Source: Paraspadella gotoi
Lineage: Eukaryota > Animalia > Chaetognatha
Assembly (NCBI GenBank): GCA_051294375.1
Contig: CM119264.1
Span: 25,360,051 to 25,424,050, forward strand
Direction: 5' to 3'
Length of the DNA: 64,000 nt
The notes below the pieces were generated by a model. The model saw only the letters and a program-made list of their open reading frames with translations. It searched no databases and was not told the DNA's origin. This document shows, piece by piece, positions 41,484 to 53,486 of the stretch. Both the position numbers and the translations under genes were made by a program. Each line of letters opens with the position of its first letter. Position 1 is the first letter of the stretch.

Positions 41484-41752
41484 ACTTATCCACGGACGAC
41501 GACGACAACAACGACTCGTCAGAGGACGGCGTTTCCGTTCGTCGACGTTTTTAAAGTCCACGTCGGTTCGAGTTGTCAATAAACTGTTGGAGACGTCACC
41601 GTCTGGATATGACGTTTGGAGGGCCACAGATTTTCTTTTCGGAACAAACGGACGAATTTTCGAGGATTTGAAGGAGGAAAAACAGTTTCTTTTTTTTTAT
41701 AGTTAAACGACCTACATTTGTATCATATAATTTTATATAATATTATCAAATT

Positions 41753-41810
41753 ATGAAATTGGTACAACCAATAAAAAATTTTTCATTCATATAATAACTA
41801 AGCTATCTTG
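41753..41810 (-). mobile_element. Terminal fragment of the 30505/46093 repeat family
   Basis: atgaaattggtacaaccaat..ttcattcat..aagctatcttg is the reverse complement of the element end. Confidence 0.5.
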
Positions 41811-42023
41811 TTTTCTTTTTTCGGAAATAAAAATATTGAGAAACATGATATGGTAGATGATAATTTTTCGAGATGACAACGATCATGACTTATTCGATTT
41901 TTCGATGACAACATGAGTATATTTATTTACTTGTCAATAGGTTAAATTCTAAAAAAAAAAGAAAAAAACATTGGCTTAACATCACCAGAATAACAACGAA
42001 GCACGAAGATCGGACACATTTGG

Positions 42024-45000
42024 TTATTTTGGTTTGTCAACGTAACTCTTGATGCAAGTCCGGAATGCGCGTTCGAAGACCTTAGACAGTTCGTCACGAA
42101 ACACGTTAAACATTTTTATCATTTTAAAAAATGTTTTTAACTTCTTTTTTTTTTTTATTTATTTATTTTATTTTTTCGAAATGTGCAAAGACTAAACGTC
42201 GAAGCAATTTGAACGCGGACCGCGGTTAGCAAACAATTTCTCATGGCAATTTGATAAGAAATTTAAAACAAACAAACAAAGATATTTAAACAAAAAGGAA
42301 AACGAATGCGGAGGGTTTTTTGTTTTTTGTTTTTTGTTTTTTGTTTACGGTCACTTGGAAATTTTTTAGTGTTGTTTTTTTTTATGCGTAAGACTTTTTG
42401 TTTTAAGGATCGTTATATAACAATAAAGAACAGCTAGGAATTGTTAGGAACGATAACATTAAAAGACACCTATAAACGAGTGGTAGGGATCATTTAGAGT
42501 CAAAAAAACTCCCTTGCCTTGCTCGTGCATATGAATACACGCGCGTGCGAAGTTCTCCCATTTTGTTTCCTAAACTAAAGATTTATATCATTTCCCCTTT
42601 TTCTTTCCTGTCTCTAACCCTCCATCTCCTCCTACTCCTCCTCCTTTCCTCCTTCTCTTCACGGAGTCCCTGTGACGCCTCGACTCTCCGGCAAGCGCCG
42701 TCCCCTGCTCGGTCGTTCTGCGCTGTTCCAATAGCAGAGGCCTTTCCTCTTCCAGCTGCTGAAGTCGCTGGTGCGGCCTTGAAGCGGCGGCTGCGGCGGA
42801 GACACTTACGGCTGCGGCGTCTGATGCTCCGCCCGCAGCGGCGGATTGCCTCGCCGTCGCCCACAAGAACGAAGACGACAGCGGACGTGGCAGAGGGCGT
42901 GGCACGATGAGAGGCACCGAGCGTCGATCCGGCCGTGGCAGGCTCGACGTCTTCGAACCCTCCTCCGGCGGCGACAACCGATTGAAACGGCGACCGGTGC
43001 CCGGACCCAGGGGTTTTTCCTGACTGGAGCCGCGTAAGTTGCGCCAATCCGAACGACGATTCGACGATCGGGTGGGCGTCGCAGAGGACGCCGCAGCGAA
43101 CGACGACGCAGCAGCGAACGCCGCAGCCAACGACGGCTTCTCCGCGTATTGGTCTGATCGAGTCGATTTCTTCGAGCTGCGACGAGACGGCGTTTCGCGA
43201 GACGGCGTCGTTTTCTTCTCCGGCGTCGCGCTTCCGGCGCCGATTTTAAGATCTTTAAAGCTTCGCCGCGTAACGCCGGATCTCGAGGTTTCAACACCGC
43301 GCCTCAATTCTCTCAAACTTTGGCGCGATGGGGATAAACGCCGAAGGGGCGGGGACAAAAACGGTGCCTCTTCCACGTCATCCGCTTTGATTTGAGCGCC
43401 GCGCGAAGACCCTTTGAGACCCCTCTCGTCCTTCGCCATCTTTCTGGACATTTTCGGCGTCGTCGTCGGCGTAGTTGATGGCGTCTTTTTTGGCACGGAC
43501 GCCGGGTCCTCCACGCCCATTCTCCCGTACACATCCTTGAGACTTTGTCTGGATGCCGATCGCTTTAATGGCAGCTGCGGCTCTCTTCCTTCGTTTCCTT
43601 TGTCCGGGTGTTTGTTTAGATTAAGGCTCTGTCTGGACGCCGACCGTTTTGGCGGAACCGATGGAGGGTAATTGGTTTCTCTCTCCTCCTTTTCCGCGCT
43701 GCGGACTCGGTTACTATTTTTCGACGAATCTTTAAAATATTGTTGATAGTAATTTGTTTTTCTCTCACGTTCGTTGTCTACGGAAAAGTCTTTCAAAATT
43801 TTTTTAGACGTCGATCTTTTTTGTGCACTCTCGTAATGATCCGCATTTTTTCCTAAATCCTTGAGACTTTGCCTCGAAGCCGACCTTCTCGGCAGCATCG
43901 TCGCACGATAATTCGCCTTTTGTTCGTCTCGATTTACTGTCGCGTACAACTCGGCCACGTTTTGTCTGGATCCCGACTTCTTAGTCAAATCCAACTGGTG
44001 GTAATTGAGTCCTTTTTTTCCCTCCGCTTCCTTCATACTTTGTCTCGATGCCGATTTCTTCATCGCCTTTGGATCTCCGAACGGCGCGATGGAATCGGCT
44101 CGACCGGCGCCATGGAACGAGTCTTTTTGTCGCGACGCCGCCGCCGCCTCTTCCTCTTCCGCGTCGCTCGTCGAAACCAACGGACTTCGAAATGGCGCGC
44201 GAGTTCGGAATCTTTTCTCGCCGTGTCCGGCGTCGTCTAATCCGGCGCCTGACAAGTCTCTAAGACTCCGCGAAGCCGACGCCTGCGAACGCCTGATCGC
44301 CGAAGTGGGCGGCTCAGGCGTCGAGGAACGGTGACGCCTCTGCGGTTCCGGAGTGAAGAAGATATGGCGACGGGTCGTTTCCGGCGTGGAGAACTGACGT
44401 CGAATTGGTTCGGGCGTGTAGAAGCTGAAGCGACGCGCTGTTTCCGGCGTGCAAGAGCTAACCCGGCGCGGGGTCTCCGGAGTGGAGGATCGACGACGTT
44501 TCGGTCTCGTGTCCGGCGAATCCGGCGTCGAGGCGGACCTGTGCCGTCGCTGGGGTTCCGGCGTAGAAGACTTACGCCGGCATTGCGTCGGCGAAAGTTG
44601 TGAGGATCGGCGTGAAGGAGGAGAAGTGGGAGGAGAAGCGCCGAGTGTCGATGATCTTCTATCCTGAGGGTTGAGTTAAAAGGTTAAAAGATTTAATCTC
44701 TTCCTCCTATTCTTCTTCCTCCCTTCCTCCTCCTCTCTCACCTATTCGTCTTCATCCCCCTCCTCCTCTTCCTCCTCTTCCTTCTATTCTTCTTCCTCCC
44801 CCTCCTCCTTCTCCTATTCTTCCTCCTCTTCCTCCCCTCCTCTTCTTTTGTTCTCCTTTTGTTCTTCCTCCCCCTCCTGCTCCTCCTTACCCCCTGGAGG
44901 CTCCTCGTCCTGACGAGCTCTTCCATCGACGCCCGGAATCCCCATCTCGCCGTCGTTTCCACGATAGCGCCGGTTTTGTGCTGATTGGAAAGGCAGGGCG

Positions 45001-46017
45001 GCGTCGCCGACTCCGAGTCGGATTTTCCCGGCATTGAACGGAGAAAGTCGAAGATCGGGATGACTGGCGCGTCGACGCCGCCGCCGCGAGGAGCGTCGAT
45101 CGTGTGGCGCTGAGGAACGGGCATCTCCAACGCCATGTAGGCGGCGCGGAAAAGGTCTTCGGGGACGGAGGCGGCGCGGTAGAGGAAGTGGCGGCGCTGG
45201 AGGAAGAAGGAGAGAGCGAGGAAAAGAAAGGAGGAAAGTTAAAAAGAAAAGAGCAGATGTAGAAAGAGAAAATGAAAGTAGAAATGAAGTAGAAAGAAAA
45301 AATGAAACAGGAAAGATGAAAATAAAGAAAAATAGAATAAAAAAAGGAATAAAGCGTCTCCCTAGTCCCTAGTCCCTAGTCCCTACCCCACACCATCCCC
45401 TTCCTCTTTCTCCCTTACCCTCTCTTCCAGGTTGACCGGTCGCATCGCTCCTCCCATCGATCTGCACCAAACTCTGGGTCTCCAATGATCCACGAAGATG
45501 AGGGTCAAGTGGATTTTTACTGAAGATTGAATTTTTTTAATACGTAATATTGATATGTAATGATTGTTACGATTATTTCAATAGTATTACTTTCGGGTCG
45601 TTTTATAACGAATAGCCAATATCTTTCTTTTGCTCAAAGAGTTGAATTGTAAAATGTAAAAATTTTAAAATTAGATAATATTTTTATTAGAAATACTTAG
45701 ACATCGTGAATTTCGTGAATTTAAAAAAGTACCAACTATGTCTAACTATGTCTAACTATGTCTAACCAACGACTTTTTCGATCCTTTAATACGTAAAACA
45801 CAAAGTTTCCTCTTTTCACTTTGACATTATTTTGTCTGGCTTTTTAGCTTGCCTTTTTTTTCTCGTGCTATTTCTTGCCAGTTTCCCTTTTTTTATTTCC
45901 TCGATATAAATTGGTTTCCGTTGGGGTTTTCTGCCAAATCCAGGTGTTTGTTAAATAAGTTCAAAAACACTTACGCGATTTAAAAGACAGCCACGTTAGC
46001 ACCTGAGTCTGAGCCAT
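42024..46017 (-). CDS. Uncharacterised basic, S/R/P-rich disordered protein of about 830 aa with internal repeats
   Basis: Phase-consistent exons: 46017-45975 (MAQTQVLTWLSFKS|gtaagt), 45519-45419, 45196-44891, and 44663-42663 (open for 2001 nt; includes the 555-aa ORF). Tentative last exon 42080-42024 (VFERAFRTCIKSYVDKPK*); otherwise it reads through to the stop at 42588. No known domain recognised. Confidence 0.75.
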
Positions 46018-46092
46018 TTGCAATCAACTCATCAATCACGACGTCAAATAACTCAAATAAACATATCTTAACAAATACAGTAGTATTTTCTT

Positions 46093-46523
46093 ATGAAATT
46101 GGTACAACCAATGTATATATTATTCATTTATTAGATAAACGAGCTATTTTGTTCCTGATTTTGGTAGGTGAAGGACCCCTTCCTCTTTTAATAAAATAGC
46201 CATCACATGTGACCGCCTTTCTCAGAATGCGGTTTAATAACGCCCAGAAAAATACTTAAGGGAGTGGTCTTTTCATTACAATTGCAAACAATTCTTCGTA
46301 AACATTATACCCTTCATTGATAGGGAAGCCATAGTGGGAGTGAATAAACGAGGACTGTAGAGAGAGTCTTGAATTAAAGCTTGCATGGGACCTGCTATGT
46401 CTTATTTGTAAGTGATGGGGGGCCTTAAACAACATATACAGCCTTGTACCAAAATTTTCAGGGGCAAAGATGGCTTATTTATTAAATGAATGGATAATTT
46501 GTATATTGGTTGTACAATTTCAT
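46093..46523. mobile_element. MITE-like element with inverted termini, or two inverted copies of the dispersed repeat
   Basis: Left end ATGAAATTGGTACAACCAAT and right end ATTGGTTGTACAATTTCAT. Imperfect inversion extends about 70 bp. The right half recurs at 30505. Confidence 0.55.
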
Positions 46524-47335
46524 GGCTCTTCCCTAACAATTAAGTAAAAAATAACTCGTCGGGAATATAGATAACTGTTAAAAAGTTAAAAGGGGGGTGG
46601 AAAATTTGAAACTTACCACATTGCAATACGTACAATGAAAGCAGGATTTTTAAAAAAAAAATTAAAACTGACCTTTTTTATTTTCTAAAAATGGGTAACT
46701 TTACTATTCGACAATCCGCAAACCAACCTTAGCTACACCGATCGGTGGTTTGTTAAATCCATTGTGAATTTTGTTTTCCTCCCTAGCGTTATCTCAGTTT
46801 GCGTAATAATACATACTTTGTTGAAACAAAGATATTTTTGCATATTTTGTATTATTTGTTCAATTAATTGTTTAAAATTTATTTATTATTATTTAATATT
46901 ATATTTTTAAACGGTTAACAATTTGTTTAAGGGTATTAAGATTAGGGGTAGTTAGGGTTTAAGAGTAATTAGGGGAGTTTTTAAATGAAAGTTTGTTATA
47001 AAATTTTTTATACCTTTACCAGTGTGTCTTTTTTTTAAATTTTGCATAACGCATTTTCTATTACGTCGCTCATAAGAAGGGAAGAAAAACAAATAACCGA
47101 CCGCAAAATCCCGGTCGGCGAATGTAAAAATAAGCCCAAAAAATGTTTCAAGAGCCATCTCCCTATCCCGTGACCAGAACGCATGTATGTATTTAAATAC
47201 ATTCAATCTGATTGTTTTATCAGTTAGAAAAGTCATGCGACATTTTAATTGTAATTATTTTTCAATTTATAAACGACTTTTTACTACGGTCTTTTTTTTT
47301 TTTTTTTTTTGTACGTCGTCGTTCCTTTCGGATAC

Positions 47336-49347
47336 CGTGGGCGAGAGTGTGGAAGACTGTGGTCTCGACCACAAAGCTCTCGCCGAGGAAGATGCGACAG
47401 GACGACTCTTCGAGAAGGTTGAGTCCCGCGCGCGCGAAGACCAGATCGATGAGCGATCGGTTGACGGGCGACGGGACGAAGGCGCGACGACAGCGAGACT
47501 CGTAGAAGAAGTGGAGAGTCATCAGGATGGAGAGGGACTTTTGGGGGGGTAGAAGGGGGGGGGGGGCGGAAGAGACGAAGGGTCGGAAGGAGGTGAATGG
47601 CGGGTATAGAAAGAAACGGGTGAGGAAGTGGAGGAAAAAAAAAAAGAAGGAAATGGGGGAAATCGGGGGAGAGAAGAGAATCGAGAAAAGAAGAAAGATT
47701 AAAGAGTCGATGTCACAAACAAAGGAGAAAATCTTGTGTTGGCGAATGTTTTGATCAGATACGGATGTCAAATGAGATCGTCTACGCCTGGTTCCCACTA
47801 AGACCATACTCTTGCCGTCCGAAGCCTTGCGTTCTGATTCGATTCTTCGTACGCACAACAATTGCATCCCTTTTTTTTTTGGGGTTGATCGGAGTCGCGA
47901 GTGTCGGGAAGAATCTTTCGTGGATTCGTTCATCGGTTTTATTCATTCGTTCTTTAATTATTCATTTGATCATTCATTAAATATTCATTATTCATTCATT
48001 ATTCATTATTCGTTCATTATTTATTTGATCATTCGTTAATTATTCATTATTCATTGATCGTTCATTTGATAGTCAAATTTAGTCATTGATCATTTATTAT
48101 TCGTTTCCTCATACAGCTTTCATGAATCATTAATATTATATTAAGTATATTATATTTAGTATTCAGGTCAGGTCAGGTCAGGTCAGATCAGGTCAGGTGT
48201 TGGGTTTAGTATTCAGGTCATTGATTCATGATTCACAGCTGATTCCAGGATGCTCACAGTCGATGAACGGCCGCCCGCGATCTATCCGTTCTCTGGTTGT
48301 TCCGAGACATTCTGCCATGCTATGACGTTCCGTGTCACTCCTTTGATCATTATCCGTTCTCATCACCACGCAGGATTCGCCCCCTAACACTGCTTCATCG
48401 CCCCCTACCACTAGATATTGTGCCGCGAATAATCGAAACCCCTTAATGTTTTTACAAAAGCGAGCTTTCATACCTTTATAAACAAACCGAAATGGTTTTG
48501 CATCTTAAATTCGTCTTTCAATCGGCAAGGAATAACGTTTTTTTCCACTTCGACTAAACTGGGGGGAAAAAAAGGAAAGGCAGTTTTAGGAACTTATTTC
48601 GCTCATGAAAAATAAATCGCCAAACATACTTACCCGCATAAAAAATTTGGGACGAAAAGGCTCAACGTGAGACCCAATGTGAACCGAGAAATTTCGAAAT
48701 AATAGCACCTGGAAAAAGGTCTGCCGTATTATAAACTTGGCGTTTTTTTAAATGTCCTTATTATCGAATAAATTACAAAAAAATATATTATATATTAAGA
48801 AAAGTTTAAAATTACCTCGAAGGCGGGGAAACGAATCGCGACGGCGGAGAGCAAAAAACCGGTAAACAACAAATCCATACAAAAAACAGTAAAAAACAGG
48901 AATGTGAAAGACTGAAGGCCTGTCGAAAAAATGACACCTTTTTTGGGTCAAAATACTTCACGGAATGAAATTACAAACCCAACTGCTGCTTACCTCGTAA
49001 ACATTGCCACATATCACTGGTGAGATCTTTTGACAAAAGCAATACAGCGACGAGTAAGGATATGACATGACAGCTTCGGATGAGCAAATCAACAGGTAAG
49101 CATTGATTAGGAAGATAGGGCACCATGCGAAACCTCAAATGGGCAACGACTTTTTTAATTAGACGATTGATTCGAAGAACCAAGAATGATGTTATTTTGG
49201 AATTAAATAATCGCTTTTTAGATTGTGTAGATTTTACCTCGGTGAAAATCTGACAAACGCCAATAAGACCGTTTCCGTCACGTGAATTCCAAGAATGACA
49301 ACGAGGATCGACGGCGCCGCTTCTTCGAAGTTCCACATAAAATTCAT
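47336..49347 (-). CDS. Divergent multi-pass membrane protein with rhodopsin-GPCR-like topology (copy 1)
   Basis: Kozak context gcaccATG at 49347. Exons 49347-49238, 49149-48994, 48919-48816, 48708-48634, 48553-48474 and 47537 to about 47336 all have GT-AG boundaries. The consensus with copy 2 gives one continuous frame with at least five hydrophobic helices. Confidence 0.6.
48162..48400 (-). mobile_element. RTE-clade LINE 3' remnant with (ACCTG)n tail
   Basis: Degenerate ..TDN(I)KE..T..HSMAECLGTTRER.. resembles the RTE ORF end 'WxDNIKEWTGxSxAExxRxAxDR'. It is followed by a tandem 5-mer tail (CAGGT repeats on the plus strand at 48164-48198). Duplicated at about 50643-50880. Confidence 0.5.
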
Positions 49348-49406
49348 GGTGCCGATTTGTTCGACGACGACAGCGATACTGGAGAAAAAAAAAAGAGTGA
49401 GAGATG

Positions 49407-51858
49407 AGGGGAGTTTTTAAAATGAAATTTGTTATAAAAGTTTTTATACCTTTACCAGTGTCTTTTTAATTGAAACGCATTTTCTGTACTAGCTGATAAT
49501 AGTTAGCAGAACTCATTCTCTACTTGGATAGCGTACCGTCCGGTAGCGCGCCTCATGAGGCACCGGGCTAGACGACTTGGGTACCACCAACATCACAATA
49601 AGCAAAATAACCGACCGCAAAATCCAGGTCGGCGAATGTATAAAAATAAGCCCCAAAAAATGCTTTAAGACCATCTCCCTATACCCGTGACCCTAGAAAC
49701 GCATGTATGTATTTAAATACATTCAATCTGATTGTTTTATCAGTTAGAAAAAGTCATCGACATTTTATTTATATTATTTTCAGATTTAATAACCGACTTT
49801 TTACTACGCGTCTTTTTTTTTTTTTTGTAGTCGTCGTTCCTTTCGGATACCGTGGGCGAGGATGTGGAAGACTGTGGTCTCGACCACAAAAGCTCTCGCG
49901 AAGGAAGATGCGACAAGGACGACCTTCCGAGAGGTTGAGTCCCGCGCGCGCGAAGACCAGATCGATCAGCGATCGGTTGACGGGCGACGGACGAAGGCGC
50001 GACGACAGCGAGACTCGTAGAAGAAGTGGAGAGTCATCAGGATGGAGAGGGACTTTTGGGGGGGGGTAGAAGGGGGGGGGGGGCGGAAGAGACGAAGGGT
50101 CGGAAGGAGTGAATGGCGGGTATAAGAAGAAAGGGTGGAGGAAGTGGAGAAAAAAAAAAAAGAAGGAAATGGGGAAATCGGGGGAGAGAAGAGAATCGAG
50201 AAAAGAAGAAAGATAAAAGTCGATGTCACAAACAAAGAGAAAAATCTGTGTTGGCGAATGGTTTGATCAGATAAGCAAATGAGATCGTGTTGTCAAATGC
50301 CATTCTTGCTCCGAACCTCGTTCGATTCACTTCGTTAGACACAATTGATCCCTTTTTTTTTTGGGGTTGATCGGGAGTCGCGAGTGTCGGGAAAGAATCT
50401 TTCGTGGATTCGTTCATCGGTTTATTCATTCGTTCTTTAATTATTCATTTGATCATTCATTAAATATTCATTATTCATTAATTATTCATTATTCGTTCAT
50501 TATTTATTTGATCATTCGTTAATTATTCATTTTCATTGATCGTTCATTGATAGTCAAATTTAGTCATTGATCATTTATTATTCGTTTCCTCATACAGCTT
50601 TCATGAATCATTAATATTATATTAAGTATATTATATTTAGTATTCAGGTCAGGTCAGGTCAGGTCAGGTAGTCAGGTCAGGTGTTGGGTTTAGTATTCAG
50701 GTCATTGATTCTGATTCACAGCTGATTCAGGATGCTCACAGTCGATGAACGGCCGCCCGCGATCTATCCGTTCTCTGTTGTTCCGAGACATTCTGCCATG
50801 CTATGACGTTCCGGTCACTCTTTGATCATTATCCGTTCTCATCACCACGCAGGATTCGCCCCCTAACACTGCTTCATCGCCCCCTACACTAGATATTGTG
50901 CCGCGAATTAATCGAAACCCCTTAATGTTTTTTACAAAAGCGAGCTTTCATACCTTTATAACAAACCGAAATGGTTTTGCATCTTAAATCGTCTTTCAAT
51001 CGGCAAGGAATAACGTTTTTTTCCACTTCGACTAAACTGGGGGAAAAAAAGGAAAGGCAGTTTTAGGAACTTATTTCGCTCATGAAAAATAAATCGCCAA
51101 ACATACTTACCCGCATAAAAAATTGGGACGAAAAGGCTCAACGTGAGACCCAATGTGAACCGAGAAATTTCGAAATATAGCACCTGGAAAAAGGTCTGCC
51201 GTATTATAAACTTGGCGTTTTTTAAAATGTCTTATTATCGAATATTGCAAAAAATATATATTATATATTAAAGAAACGTTTAAAATTACCTCGAAGGCGG
51301 GGAAACGAATCGGCGACGGCGGAGAGCAAAAAACCGGTAAACAACAAATCCATACAAAAAACAGTAAAAAACAGGAATGTGAAAGACTGAAGGCCTGTCG
51401 AAAAATGACACCTTTTTTGGGTCAAAAACTTTCACGGAATGAAATTACAAACCCAACTACTGCTTACCTCGTAAACATTGCCACATATCACTGGTGAGAT
51501 CTTTTGACAAAAGCAAATTTACAGCGACGAGTAAGGATATGAACATGACAGCTTCGGATGAGCAAATCAACAGGTAAGCAATTGATAGGAAGATAGGGCA
51601 CCATGCGAAACCTCAAATGGGCAACGACTTTTTTAATTAGACGATTGATTAGAAGAACCAAGAATATGTTATTTTGAAATTAAATAATCGCTTTTTAGAT
51701 GTGTAGATTTTACCTCGGTGAAATCTGACAAACGCCAATAAGACCGTTTCCGTCACGTGATTCCAAGAATGACAACGAGGATCGACGGCGCCGCTTCTTC
51801 GAAGTTCCACATAAAATTCATGGGCCGATTTGTTCGACGACGACAGCGATACTGGAGA
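49407..51858 (+). repeat. Tandem direct near-copy of 46971-49385 (second copy of the membrane-protein exons)
   Basis: Collinear over about 2.4 kb. Differences are mainly single-base indels that frameshift different exons in each copy. Confidence 0.9.
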
Positions 51859-52027
51859 ACAACAACAATGATGCCGTGAGCGATACAGGAAAAAAAAGAG
51901 AAGGCGCGTATAATTATGGCAAGAATTTTTTAATAAAAAAATTAAGTACATTTTTTTTTTTAAAGTTGAAAATCTAAGCATCGTCCCTTTTTCCTGCGTC
52001 CACCGCTTTCTTTCTCTTTGTTTCTCT

Positions 52028-52074
<47 letters not shown>

Positions 52075-52412
52075 CTCTCTCCTCTCNNNNNNNNNNNNNN
52101 NNNNNNNNNNNTCTCTCTGCGATTCCCATATTTAGATGTTTTCGCTGTTGGCGACGTTGACTAATGACGTCGGATCTCCGTTTAAATATTTAAGCGACAT
52201 ACTTTAGTATCTTTTAATATTCTAAACTACTTTAGTAGCATTTAATATTCTAAAATATATTTTGAGCCTCTTTTTTCGCTTCTCAAACAAATACTTTCAC
52301 ATTCACAGTCCAGGTCTTGTTCTACCTTTTTAATTTATTTTTGTTTAGAACGCGTCACTTATTGCCAATGAATTCCCTCAACACCCCCCCCCTTCCCCGC
52401 CATTTTGTTTAC

Positions 52413-52922
52413 CTGCCGGACTTGACTCGAAATTGAATTCGAATCCTCGAACCCAAAACAAATCGCGATCTCCTTATTTGGAATCCGCCCTCATTTTTCT
52501 GCTTAACCGACGACGCGGACGACGACGATGAGGACGACGAGAAAAAAAAACTCACGCCGACGACGACGATGAAGACGACGCCGACGATAAGGAAGTCGCC
52601 TCTAGAAAATAACCCCCCCGACGATGCCCCTGGGCGGAAGGTTTGCCGCAGGGAACTGACCGCAACTTTTTGTTTTGCCGCAACCGCTTTGCTTCTTTTT
52701 TTTTTCGCTCGTCGATGGACTTTCGACGGTTTCAAGCCTTTCGGCGCGGGTTGCGTAACGTTGGAAGCGCGCGACGCGTCTCGCGCATCGCCGTTTTTCG
52801 TTCGTCGTCGTCGACGCTGTATCTGAGGTAGTCGTCGTCGTGGTCGTCGTCGTGGTCGTCGTCGTAACGACTGCCGTGCCAGACGCAGGGAAGTCGGTGA
52901 GAGTGGAAATCGCGTCTGTTGA
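52413..52922 (-). other. GC-rich exon, probably an upstream or 5' UTR exon of the membrane-protein gene
   Basis: Acceptor (CT)n..cccgcgcag| near 52922 and strong donor CAG|GTAAAC near 52413. Another upstream donor CTG|GTGAGG lies near 55123. Coding frame ambiguous. Confidence 0.35.
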
Positions 52923-52935
52923 CTGCGCGGGAGGC

Positions 52936-53037
<102 letters not shown>

Positions 53038-53486
53038 CCATAAGTGGAAAGCGCAAAAACCGGGAGCGGAAACCAGACATTTTCAAGACGATCAAGTGAA
53101 TAAGGCCAAGGGTATGAACTCGCGAAACAAATTGGGTTATTAGGAGCGCATGCTGATACACAGGCATTGTTTGCAATTTTCCACTCGGGCAAAAACGTAG
53201 AAAAACTGTAAAAAAAAAAAAAATTGACCCGGAAAATTATATGTTACCCCTTTCGAAAAAATCGATGAGATGAGTAACTTTCATTGAGAATACATATTCA
53301 CGAAATTTTATCTCGCTTGTAATAATTAGGAAATCGATTTTCGTTGTCTTCAACGAAAAAATAGATTCCGACGGCGCCTTTGAAGGAAGACGATTACCGG
53401 ATGACGTGAATTCTTCCTTCGATGTCATTGAGATTATACATTATAATGATTCTCTTAGAAAGTAAGACCTCCAAGCTACTCGCGAA

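Noticed and set aside
41174-41582. IYLF-repeat membrane-like ORFs
   Set aside because: Translation of an (ATTT)n/(ATTC)n microsatellite.
42545-44667. Multiple plus-strand and alternative-frame ORFs
   Set aside because: GC-rich shadows of the long minus-strand exon, which alone has phase-consistent splice sites and protein-level repeats.
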